Below, one piece after another: positions 38,080 through 49,119 of a DNA stretch of 64,000 bases (position 1 is its first letter; every line of letters starts with the position of its first letter). Source of the stretch: Macrostomum lignano (taxonomy: Eukaryota); contig NIVC01002775.1 in NCBI GenBank assembly GCA_002269645.1, positions 62,001-126,000 on the forward strand, written 5' to 3'. Below the pieces are notes generated by a model. The model was not told where the DNA came from. It worked only from the letters and a program-made list of their open reading frames with translations, and ran no database searches. The translations under genes were made by a program, and so were the position numbers.

Positions 38080-38540
38080 CAGATCTGGCGCATCCCCCAT
38101 ATCGACTTAATCATGTGGCTGGTGGCAGCGCTCTCCGTACTCATCCTGAATGTGAGTTGGCTATCGGTCTGGGCTTCACCCTGTTCTCCGTGATCCTGCG
38201 CACCCAGTCGGCCAGAATAGCGGTCCTTGGCCGCATTGGCGACACAGACATCTACAGAGACGTCCGCGAGTACCCAGCGGCAGAGGAGCTGCCGGGACTG
38301 AAAATGGTCTGTTTCGACGCTCCGTTGAACTTCGCCAACGCGGAACGATTCCGGGACATTGTGCTGCAGCTGGTCGATGACTCTGATTGTCTCATTTTTA
38401 TCTCACTGTGAACAACGCCGTGCTGTTTGCCAGTCGCGTGGCACCGATTTACAAGACAGAGACGGTCAGTGAAGTTCAAGGAGTCAAAGACACCATTGTA
38501 ATTGAAATGACGAACCGTCCCGATACTGCTACCTCGTAAC
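38080..38540 (+). pseudogene. Internally deleted SLC26 fragment (end of the TM domain and start of STAS fused to the end of the last exon), followed by a copy of the 3' UTR to about 39020
   Basis: Near-identical to 32870-33180, then jumps to sequence matching 33950-34090; frame broken, premature stop at 38411. Confidence 0.88.
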
Positions 38541-39746
38541 AACGAGGTTGGGGTGGTGCTGATTTTAACTTAAGCTTTTGTTGTTTTAGTAGTCGCATAA
38601 TCCGAACGAAATAGTGCAGTAGTTAAATTTTATTACGAATAGTTTTTTATTACCAAATCTAACGCTAGAAATACGAAGTTATAAAGTGCACGTCATAAAT
38701 CATTATGTATTTTTTACTTTGCGCGTTTGTATCACAGCAGTTATGTCTGTGAAGAAATATTTTTAGTTCAAAACGGTGCTCGATTGATTCTTAGTCAGAT
38801 ATAGGCGTGCTTGTCTCTGGCCCAAACTGCTGTCTCTTTCTCTTGGCTTTGGGTGTCTTTTAGCATGGCTTAGCATGACTTAGCATGGCAACAGCCACGA
38901 TTTTGAAACATTTCCGTTTGTCATCAATGCCGAATCAAAGCAACTTTGATACGCATTTTTCGTACTAACTTTAAGTGACAACTATACTGACATCGGTATT
39001 GGTAAGTTGTAGCACCGCAACTGGCAATTTTTTCTTCTATTGATTTTTCTTAGTACAATCCATCACAATATACTGTATTGTTGGAGAATAGGGGAGTTTG
39101 AGAATGCGGTACTGTGAGGGATTCAGGTGGGTGAGGGGCGGAGAAACTGGGGGCGATGTACGCGAATGGTTGCTAGTGTAAAGTATAAAAAAGCAACGCT
39201 ACTGCCAGTCACTGTGCAGAGAGAATAACGCACAGACCTCACATGGCCGAACTAATGATTATATATTAAACGAGTGCAGTTAGTCATCTGTTAGCTTACG
39301 GCGAGGGCGGGGGCGGAAAATTGACGTGAATAGTAAAAGTTAAGCGAGCAAGTACAAGTCCGAAAGAAACATAACAGAGGTTTAAGCTTTAGAGACGTTA
39401 ATACAATAAGTGGGTCTGTTGCGTGAGCATTGAGTAAATAGCAGCGGGAAAAAGGAAGTGAGTGTACGGAATGGTTGGGGCGGGTGGTGAAGCAGACACG
39501 AAGGGGCGGTCAACGTTAAAAAATATACGTTTAAAACACCGTTCGTACTGTGTGTACAAATAATTATTGAATGGTAACTATAAAAATAATAACTAGTAAA
39601 AATCTGGATAAAAGTATTTCATTCAAAGCTTCTTTTCTAAATATTACAATTTATGATATGATATCCAAAGCCAAGGAAACACCGTCACAAAGTAAAAAAT
39701 AATCAGGAAGTTTATTAAGTTCACTTCAAACTTCACCTACAAAGCT

Positions 39747-40299
39747 CTAAATAGTGCTCTTAGGTATTGACACAATTTCATATCTACCACCACTATGGCA
39801 CTGCTCTGTGATTCCAACATTGTAGATGCCACAGAATGCTGCTATAGCGGCTCCAGTGCCAGCAGCCGCTGTTCCTGACAGTCCAGCTGCTCCAATGCTC
39901 TGGCCAACAGACACCACAAATGGGGTGATGCCTGCTCCACAAGCTTGTATCCAGGCTGCAATTGAGCCAGCAGCAATTCCACCTGCTGTAAATCCAACCA
40001 GACCAACAGCCCACGGTGCAACATAAAAAGATGCAGCAGTGGCGGATCCTCCCAAAGCAATGCATGTTCCCACTCTCCAGTAATTGTAACCTAAGTGAGA
40101 AAAAACATACAGAATGCCATGTGTAAATTAGCCATGCAAGGAGACTGAAACTGGCCTTTTTGCAGACAGGTGCAAAAATTTAGTTATACTGAATAGACTT
40201 ACAAGTTTTGACCTGCTGTTCTTTGTCACAGGCAAAACATGGTCCAAGTTGGATGGAAAGCAGAAGAGCCAAAACTAGAAGCACTTTAGCGGGCTGCAT
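39747..40299 (-). CDS. IFI27/IFI6 (ISG12)-family protein with a signal peptide; exons 40299-40203 and 40090-39747; 146 aa
   Basis: GFTAGGIAAGSIAA...GQSIGAAGL matches the Ifi-6-16 motif. Exon 1 (MQPAKVLLVLALLLSIQLGPCFA...) has donor T|GTAAGT and exon 2 acceptor CACTTAG|GT, both phase 1; the total of 441 nt is in frame. Confidence 0.85.
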
Positions 40300-41413
40300 T
40301 TTTGTCAACTCCGAAAGTTATTTTAAAACATGCGAAAATTCACTATATAGTTTTTATATTGTGAAATTAACAAGAGTGCAGAGCAGTGCGACTGCGCGTC
40401 AGCACTGGCATACACATATATAGAGATGAGGGAAGGGAGGGACCGAGAGAGGAAGAGAGAGGAAGAAAGACTTTAAAATACACTGGCCCCTAAAGGCATT
40501 GTTATGAGTGTGAGGCTCACATCCGCCGTACGGAATATTATTCAAGGCAGTGTACTTTTTAGTCAATGAGAGCCCACAGGCACAATGCAAAAGCAATGAA
40601 TGGCTTTGAGCCGGGTTAGGGTTAGCGCCGAAGCAGTTTCTCCCTGTGCCGTTGTTAGGCAACCCTCGGTAGTAAGCGTTTTTACGCGGATGGCTCGTTT
40701 TTGCATGGCGAAACCAATAGGAAGTCCCAACCACTAATCGATGCATTCTGTCCTGCCCAAGCGCGTTTACAAAATCTCGCCCCCTACATTTTCTTTCTAG
40801 GCTCGCGGCCACCACTCCACAGACCAATAAGTATAACTAGATTGCGCGTGAGGGGCAAGAAATATGTGTCTCTTCCAAGTAGGAAAAATGCAGGGACTCC
40901 TAAAAATAGCATCACTATTTTTGCTAGCTCTAGAAGTCCCTGGAAAATGGTACCCCAGCTCCCTACCCCTCACGATCGATAGCAAGGTCTCATTGGCTTC
41001 CTTACCCCTCAATCATTGCTTAAAACTTATTGATTCAGAGTTACTAAGAATACTGTTAGACTTTTGGGCCCGCTGTATTAATTGTTGCCCTTTGCCTTGG
41101 GACTCGGATTGCTAACCATTTAAATTTATGTGGTATTAAACAATTAAGCAGTTTAAATATGCCGTATTATTTTAATGATTTATGATAAAGGCATATATCA
41201 AAAACTAAAATATACTCTTCCGGACAAAATGAGACCTTTTTGTTGGAGATACAATAGAAACAATATAATAAGAGTAAATGTCTGAGAGCCATCAAATTCT
41301 AAGCTCACCTTCACGTGGTTCTAAGACTAAATTATTATTTTTATTTGGAACCAGCTTTTTAGTCTTAAGCTTGAAGTAGTCTTTGCCTTCTTCCAGATTT
41401 CTCGACATGCGCA

Positions 41414-42527
41414 AAGTCTCGTGAACTGCTACGTCACTGGAGAATTGGCTTTTAAAGTCTCGTGAACTGCTACGTCACTGGAGAATTGGCTGTTAAAGTC
41501 TCGTGAACTGCTACGTCACTGGAGAATTGGCTGTTAAAGTCTCGTGAACTGCTACGTCACTGGAGAATTGGCTGTTAAAGTCTCGTGAACTGCTACGTCA
41601 CTGGAGAATTGGCTGTTAAAGTCTCGTGAACTGCTACGTCACTGGAGAATTGGCTGTTAAAGTCTCGTGAACTGCTACGTCACTGGAGAATTGGCTGTTA
41701 AAGTCTCGTGAACTGCTACGTCACTGGAGAATTGGCTGTTAAAGTCTCGTGAACTGCTACGTCACTGGAGAATTGGCTGTTAAAGTCTCGTGAACTGCTA
41801 CGTCACTGGAGAATTGGCTGTTAAAGTCTCGTGAACTGCTACGTCACTGGAGAATTGGCTGTTAAAGTCTCGTGAACTGCTACGTCACTGGAGAATTGGC
41901 TGTTAAAGTCTCGTGAACTGCTATCGTCACTGGAGAATTGGCTGTTAAAGTCTCGTGAACTGCTACGTCACTGGAGAATTGGCTGTTAAAGTCTCGTGAA
42001 CTGCTACGTCACTGGAGAATTGGCTGTTAAAGTCTCGTGAACTGCTATAGTCACTGGAGAATTGGCTGTTAAAGTCTCGTGAACTGCTATCGTCACTGGA
42101 GAATTGGCTGTTAAAGTCTCGTGAACTGCTACGTCACTGGAGAATTGGCTGTTAAAGTCTCGTGAACTGCTACGTCACTGGAGAATTGGCTGTTAAAGTC
42201 TCGTGAACTGCTATCGTCACTGGAGAATTGGCTGTTAAAGTCTCGTGAACTGCTACGTCACTGGAGAATTGGCTGTTAAAGTCTCGTGAACTGCTACGTC
42301 ACTGGAGAATTGGCTGTTAAAGTCTTGTGAACTGCTACGTCACTGGAGAATTGGCTGTTAAAGTCTCGTGAACTGCTACGTCACTGGAGAATTGGCTGTT
42401 AAAGTCTCGTGAACTGCTATCATCACTGGAGAATTGGATGTTAAAGTCTCGTGAACTGCTATCGTCACTGGAGAATTGGCTGTTAAAGTCTCGTGAACTG
42501 CTATCGTCACTGGAGAATTGGCTGTTA
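41414..42527. repeat. 41-bp minisatellite (AAAGTCTCGTGAACTGCTACGTCACTGGAGAATTGGCTGTT), about 27 copies
   Basis: Highly homogeneous array abutting the Gypsy LTR end. Confidence 0.97.
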
Positions 42528-42691
42528 CAGCTGGGGGGCGATCGCGTCTATTTATTAAAAATAAAGTACAGTTAGTTTGGGGCTGCAACCGAGAGTTGGA
42601 GTTTGGGCCATAGACAACCTAGCTTGTGGGCACTCAAAAGAAAGTACTTTTAATGAACGCAGGGACCGTAGGAAACAAGGCGTTATAAACA
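42523..42691 (-). mobile_element. 3' LTR (169 bp; TGTT...AACA) preceded by a polypurine tract (GGGGGGAAG)
   Basis: Minus strand: PPT at about 42700-42692, then TGTTTATAAC; AATAAA about 25 nt before the terminal GTAACA. Confidence 0.7.
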
Positions 42692-43900
42692 CTTCCCCCC
42701 AACGGAAAAGCGAACAACTATAAACGATGTTTCGCGATCAGTAGGGTTAATTTATTCCTGTTTGTTTGTTGAGTGTTCGATAAGGGATTGTTGATCAATA
42801 ATCAATAACGTGAACCGTCGGCTTCTCGGAAAAACGAAGGCGTTGGGTTTCCTTCGCGGGACGCTGTTTCTTCGCAGGGGTAGTCGCTGGCTTGTCCGGC
42901 CGTGCCTCTCTCGTCATTGCTCGGGTCTGGCGCTGACTGTCCGGTAGCACTGCCGGCTTCACTCTCTCGATGGAAACGGCCTGGGGCTTGCCTTTTAAGA
43001 CGAGCGTCACGGTGGTCGCTGAGCGTCACAACACCTTGTAGGGTCCTTGATATGGCGCCTCGAGCGGTTACTTAACTGTGTCAACTCGGAGCCACATAAA
43101 CTCGCAGGATTCCAGCTCCGGAGGTATGTGGACAGGCTGCTGACGGGTCCGCGGCAGGAGGTACGGGAAAAACAGGTCGTGTAGTTGAGTCGACAGCTGA
43201 CGCTGGTCGTCGTCATCAGTTGTGACCGGTGAAACTAGCGGCTGTTCTTCCGTGACGATTGAGAATGGCGAGTGACCCTGGTCGTCGGGGTTAATGCGCA
43301 ATCCGAATAAAACGATGGGCAGCTGGTTAAGCCAGCACCGGCCGCGAGCTCTGAGGCTGGCCTTCAGTGTGCGATGAACTCGCTCGATCATACCGTTGGC
43401 CTTAGGATTATATGCGGCTGTGCGGATGTGATGGACACCGAGAAGATTCACCAGGTTTGCCATTAGGTCCGAGCGAAATTGAGCTCCTTGGTCTGTGATG
43501 AGTGTTAACGGTGGGCCAAATCGACAAACCCAGTGGGCGACAAAGGCTTGTGCAACAACCGTACTGGTGATCGATTGCAATCGGATTGCTTCGACCCAGC
43601 GGGAGTACGAGTCCACGATGGTTAGTAAATACCGCGGCTGGGGTGCAGCTGTTTCGGTTGGGTCCGGCACCGGGAGCGGTCCGACTAAATCCATGTGTAC
43701 CGTTGTGAACCGCTGTGTAGGTGCAGGCAGGTGGTGCAGTGGTCGGCGAACATGACGACCGATTTTCGCTGATTGACATTGTGTGCATTCCGCCGTCCAG
43801 CGCTGTATGTCTGATTTCATGCATGGCCAGAAAAAATGATGGGCGACTAAACGCAGCGTGGCCTTCACACCTGGGTGGTAAGGCGGTGGAGGTAAAAGTA

Positions 43901-46328
43901 CACCATTTTACCTCCTATTTTGAACAAAGTCTTGTTCAAAAGAAACAAGCAGAACTTCAATTCAAACACATTAAGAAATAACAGCCCTTGCGGAAATTCA
44001 ATTCAAACAAAGTCCCTTTCTATTGAAACAGACGAACTTCAATTCAGACTGTCTGTGGCCAAAATTGTCCCCGAGTGACGCGCATGCACAGATTTTAAAT
44101 TAAAAAGAAACAAAGTCACATTCTATTTCGACAAAGGGATAAAACACAGCATATCGACGAACATAAGAGTAAAATGAAAAACAGGAGCAAGACACGTAAC
44201 AATCAATTACCTGTCCACCAACGCAGCGAGGGACATATGTAAACACATGGTTGAACCACTCAGTGCACTTGTCCACAGAGATGCAGCCAATGGTTCTGTC
44301 CACATGTTGTACGAATGTCTCGCCGATAGGCCGCCATTGACTGATTCCCGTGCTGCTCAGCTATCGAAGCGATGAAATTTTGCTGGTTCCAGCAATTCAT
44401 CGTCTTCTTCAATCTGATCTTCAGCATTCATATCGTTTCTTATTGCGCAACGATTGTACAGTTACTCAGTACAGGAAAAACAAAAAAATAGATTACTAAA
44501 AATGTACTTGTACCTATGTGCAAAAATCTCTGTCGAAATAGAATGTGACTTTCAAACTAAAGCCAAAAAAGCCCTAGCTGTCTTGGCTCAGACCAGGCGC
44601 GCCGTGGGCACCACTTGGGGGCTCACCCCCAGGAAGCTGTGGTGGATTTACACTGCCATCATCCGCCCCTCGATCAGTTACGCCAGCCTCGTGTGGGCTA
44701 GTGGCCTGAGCGTCAAGAGCAACCTCGACGCTCTCTACAAAATCCAGGGCAGAGCTTGCCGCATGACTATGGGCGCTCCACCCTCTACTCCTTTTGAAGG
44801 CATGAATGCCTTCCTCTGTGCCCCTCCTCTGGATATTTATATCAAAGGAGAGGCGTCGAAGAGCAACCGGCGTCTTCTGGATGCTGGGGTGGCCTTCAAA
44901 AAAGTGCTGGCCTTTAAGAAGCGGTCGCTTATCCCGCACTCTGACCTCTGCCTCAAGGCTCTCGAGGAGTGTGGCGGGCTTAACATCCTCACGGACACAA
45001 TCCCAGCCACCCTTCTCCTGAGCCAAAGGTATAAGGTCACTGTTCAGCCTCAACACGAGGCGAGCGACAGCTGGAGCGATTCTGAAGTCCACTGTTACAC
45101 TGACGGCTCTATGAGGCATGGTCTTTCAGGCTTCGGAGCTTGCGTCTTCTTCAAGGGAGAAGTGGTGTGGAGCTACTCCTAGCACACTGGGCCCAACTCC
45201 AGTGTTTTTCAGAGCGAGGTGCTTGCCATCAGCTCCTGCGCGGCAGAGCTGCGCCGAAGGCAGCTCAGCGGTCGGAAATTTATTTTTCACTCTGACAGCC
45301 AAGCAGCCCTTCGGGCCCTCTGCCGCAGCACCGCCAGCTCCAGGTCCGTCCTGGACTGCAACACCCAGCTCAACGGGCTTGCGCTAGGCAACCAGGTGGA
45401 GCTCAGATGGATCCCGGGCCACGCCGGCTTCCTCGGCAACGAGCGCGCTGACCTGCTGGCCAAGGCTGGCTCCGCCGGCGCGCTGCGGGGGCCGGGCCCG
45501 GGAGCCCCCATCCCCGCCTCGGTGATCAACTCCCGCGTTAAGCGCTGGACTGACTCCGAGCATCTCCGCAGGTGGTACGACACCTGGAATTGTAGGCAAT
45601 CCCGTGCGGCCGTCCCCTGCCCCTCTCCTCTCCTGCGTAGAGCCCTCCTCAGGCTCAACCGCAGAGACCTCAGAGCAGTCAGCATGGCCCTCTCCGGGCA
45701 TGGCTGCTTCTCTCGCCACCGTTTCCTTCAGGGCCAAGTACCCGAGGAGCGGTGCCCCTTCTGCCGCTCAGGCAGTGAGAACGCCGAGCACTTTATCTGC
45801 CACTGCCCGGTTTTCACCAGGGCCAGGCTCACTCACCTCGGGCCAAACCCGGTTCTCTCCGACGTTTGCAGGCCCGAGAGCATCCCGCTGCTCGCCCGGT
45901 ACCTCAGGGACACGGGACGAGCTGATCTCTTCCCCACCGCCGGTGAGGAGGAACGCGCTGCAGGCGAGACCAACGGGTCCCCCTGAGCGACATCACTTCG
46001 ATGGAAGTCTTTGGTCGCCAGGGGCTAGCGGAATGGGCGGTCTCCTCCGCCTCCTCGCTGCATCCGCCGGACGCCCCCTGCAGCTAAGTCAAGTAAGTCA
46101 AGAATGTGACTTTGTTTCTTTTGAATTTAAAATCTGCGCATGCGCGTCACTCGGGGACAATTTTGGCCACAGACAGTCTGATCGAATTGAAGTTCGTCTG
46201 TTTCAATAGAAAAGGACTTTGTTTGATTTGAATTTCCGCAAGGGCTGTTATTTCTTAAAGTGTTTGAATTGAAGTTCTGCTTGTTTCTTTTGAACAAGAC
46301 TTTGTTCAAAATAGGAGGTAAAATGGTG
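43901..46328. mobile_element. Internally deleted Tc1/IS630-like DNA transposon with TIRs of about 230 bp and a TA target duplication
   Basis: TA|CACCATTTTACCTCC...GGAGGTAAAATGGTG|TA. The right TIR is split by a LINE. The remnant at about 44330-44190 (-), HVDRTIGCISVDKCTEWFNHVFTYVPRCVGGQVI, resembles Tc1/IS630 transposase C-termini. Confidence 0.8.
44553..46100 (+). mobile_element. 5'-truncated RNase H-containing LINE (R1/LOA-like) with a 13-bp TSD (AGAATGTGACTTT)
   Basis: TSD at 44540-44552 and 46101-46113; WGLTPRKLWWIYTAIIRP, CYTDGS, HSDSQAAL, WIPGHAGFLGNERAD, CPFC...EHFICHC; one in-frame TAG at 45180-45182. Confidence 0.95.
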
Positions 46329-46889
46329 TATTTGGCGGAAACGATAGGTGTGCGGGCCTGTGCGTTGTCATGGCCCGGCCGCTGCACATGACTCACTCGT
46401 TTGGGGTCGGCGAAGCCGTGCGAGACTGGGCGGGTGTCGGCTGACCTTGGCGTGTTCAATGGCGCATGGAGCATGTTCGATGGCTTTGGACCTGGCCACT
46501 TGCACCAGGGTCGGCAAGTTCGAGCTCTGCCGGCATAGTAGATGTGCGCATTGCAGACGAGTGGTCGCTGCTGTCGGCGAGGCTGGGCGTCGTGAGCCGG
46601 AGCGTCAGGTCGCCGGGAGAAATGCCGGGCCGGTTGCTGCTCTGCATTAGCGGCAGTGGGCAACTGATTGATGTCGGCAAATGGTGAGGGTAGACCGGCC
46701 ACTACGAGCATGCTCTCCGCGATCTTGGCAAAATTATCCAGCGGGCTGTGCTCATGTCCGACGAGTGCGGAGCGAATGTGGGGCGGCAACGCAGAGATGA
46801 GGCGTGACTTGACTATGGTGTCGTCAACCTTCAGGCCAACCTCGGTAAATCGGCGTTTTATTTCGTTGCGGGAGTGTGGCGGGAGTGTC

Positions 46890-47200
46890 CTTCATACTTT
46901 TCCAAAGGACAAGGAAATAAGGAAAAAGTTGCTGATAGCGCTGAGAAGAAAATATTTTGAGCCATCGCCATCCACGCAAGTCTGCTCAATGCATTTCGAG
47001 GAATCTTGCTTCAACAAGCAATTTGCAGGCTTTCTGCCTAGCGTCAAAAGACGGCTATATCCAAATGCCGTTCCTTCCATCTTCCCGGCGTTCTCTGACC
47101 ATCTGCTGCCGAAAGCTGAAAAGAAACGGAAGACTGCCACCGCAGCCGCAGCTCGCGAAGTTGATTTCGCTGCATTTTGTAAATCAAAAGAGAGCAGCGA
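46890..47200 (+). pseudogene. 5'-truncated THAP domain (missing the first two Zn-binding Cys), probably a transposon remnant
   Basis: HTFPKDKEIRKKLL...PSPSTQVCSMHFEESCF...RRLYPNAVPSIFP; the upstream part is replaced by Gypsy gag sequence. Confidence 0.8.
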
Positions 47201-48058
47201 GCCGGAAGCTTGCTTATACTTATTGGTCTGTGCTTCAAGTCAAGTGGTGCTACTTCTATAAGTCCCTGCATGGGCCCCGACCCCCTCTATAGGGTTTAGA
47301 AATCAAGCCAGAACAATAGAAATGGGCATAGGCTGAGCCTACAATAGTGCACGCAGCGCATGGCAAAGCTACAGCAGCTTCCATCAGTTTCAGACAGACA
47401 TCAAATGCGAGGCGAATTCTTAATGAGCCCGGCGCGGAGGCCGCTCCTGGGGAGGAGCTGCGGGTAGGCCCGGGACCGACGCCCAACCCCGACTGGCGTG
47501 GCAACCGAGGGGCGGATGCGTGGGCCGGCCCGCACAGAAGGACAGTGAACTGAGCTCTCCCAGATGCTCTAACGCAACCAGAGTAATCCGCTAAGTCTAA
47601 CCGTCTAGCCCTCGCCCCCGTAGTTACTGGCATGTCTAGTGCTGTTTAATTGCATGCGCTGTGTAAACCCCGCCGTCGTTAGGAAAGTGGTTCCCCACCT
47701 CATCAGCGGCAGGGAATGAAATTGTAGAGCTCATAAATATCCGCAAACTGGAAGCCCAAAGAGGCACTTTTCTCCACTTATGGCCTCTCGGCTTCTCGGC
47801 TGGTTCTAGATTTAGAAATGTAACATTAAAGAAAATCATCTCCTCCGGTCTTATCATTTGCTCCACCGCTGTTGGATGGCAGAAGATAAACGGTGTTTGA
47901 ACATCGAAAACATCGCGTAATACCCTCCCAGTTTTTACGCCTCCCCAACCATAGCAGAGGAAGAGAAGGGTTAGGGATAGAGGGTGAATTGAAGTGCAAT
48001 CGGGTATTCTGTGCCAGAATACTTCATTTGAGATTCGTATTCAAGATGTTCTCAGGTT

Positions 48059-48285
48059 GGGGCGCTTTCATTAGGCCGAAATTTCACTTCGCCGAAAAGC
48101 AGCCTCTTTCAATAGGCCGAAACTTCACTTTGCCGAAATGACTAGCACGCTCTTTCATAAGGCCGAACTTCACTAGGCCGAAACTTCACATTGCCGAAAA
48201 TCATTTTAGCAGCCTCTTTCACTAGGCCGAAACTTCACATTGCCGAAACTTCACATTGCCGAAAAATCATCTTAGCAGCATCCTT
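48059..48285 (+). mobile_element. Left arm of a GGGG-ended foldback/MITE family element (AGGCCGAAACTTCAC subrepeats)
   Basis: The start GGGGCGCTTTCATTAGGCCGAAATTTCAC resembles GGGGTGCTTTCACAAGGTCGAAATTTCAC at 32110. Confidence 0.6.
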
Positions 48286-48759
48286 ACTATGGTCAAAAGG
48301 GGATGTGAACTTAAGCGTCCAAAATGGAACCGCAAGCAGTGACGATTTCTCTGCACCAGCTTCTTTATTTTGACCTAAGAGTTACTGCTACTAAAGTGGG
48401 AGCACGATATGGTCACTCAGTTTTTTATGGAATATTTTTGACATTCCTGACTTCATTTGGGGTTAACTTTGATTGCTTATTATTTTCATTGCATTTTCTG
48501 TCTCAGTCGGATGGACTTTTAAGTTGTAGAGTGCTCGTATGTTGTTGTAAGGCTCCTTTGAAAGTATGCAGATTTGCCTAGATTCCGATTCATAGAATAT
48601 GCACTAGCAATCTTTGCCCCCCGTTGGGGGACATCTATATAGAGTCTCTGTTCTCTACAAGTAAGTAACAAAAAAATAGCGAAATAAAGCCTTCACAAAG
48701 AAAACAGACAAAATACTCAAATGAAGTGCAATGCAAAAAGAAATCATCGCAAGACAGCA

Positions 48760-49010
48760 AGCATCCCCCAGATAGTAAGCATCCCCCAGATAGCAAGCAT
48801 CCCCCAGATAGCAAGCATCCCCCAGATAGCAAGCATCCCCCAGATAGCAAGCATCCCCCAGATAGCAAGCATCCCCCAGATAGCAAGCATCCCCCAGATA
48901 GCAAGCATCCCCCAGATAGCAAGCATCCCCCAGATAGCAAGCATCCCCAGATAGCAAGCATCCCCCAGATAGCAAGCATCCCCAAGATAGATAGCATCCC
49001 CAAATAGCAA
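48760..49010. repeat. 18-bp tandem repeat (GATAGCAAGCATCCCCCA), about 13 copies, in Helitron A
   Basis: Direct inspection; a degenerate homolog lies at 52020-52530 in unit B. Confidence 0.93.
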
Positions 49011-49119
49011 GCATCCACCAGACAATAAGTAGCTAGTGCGACAATTTCTTTAGCATTATAGCGGCTCCTTTAAAATTCACTTACTTTTACATTTGAAATT
49101 GTGTATATTTTATGTTTAA

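Larger units (their letters stand above)
42523..46888 (-). mobile_element. Defective Ty3/Gypsy LTR retrotransposon: gag remnant (46888-46331), integrase (about 43900-42800), PPT and 3' LTR; PR-RT-RH absent; interrupted by a DNA transposon
   Basis: Integrase HPGVKAT...WP...CTQCQ, HMDLVGPL, LTIVDSYSRW, ITDQGAQF, YNPKANGMIERVHRTLK; gag LISALPPHIRS...CNAHIYYAGRARTCRPWCKW. Confidence 0.9.

Noticed and set aside
38067-38411. Stand-alone STAS protein supplied in trans to the adjacent STAS-less SLC26
   Set aside because: The fragment has an internal deletion removing most of STAS, a broken frame and no credible start; it is best explained as a duplication remnant.
40608-40626. Telomeric TTAGGG repeats
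   Set aside because: Only about two units; expected by chance.
41414-42527. CRISPR-like appearance of regularly spaced repeats (also the 27.7-29.1 kb and 62.4-62.9 kb arrays)
   Set aside because: The units are contiguous with no unique spacers, there are no cas genes, and the context is eukaryotic.
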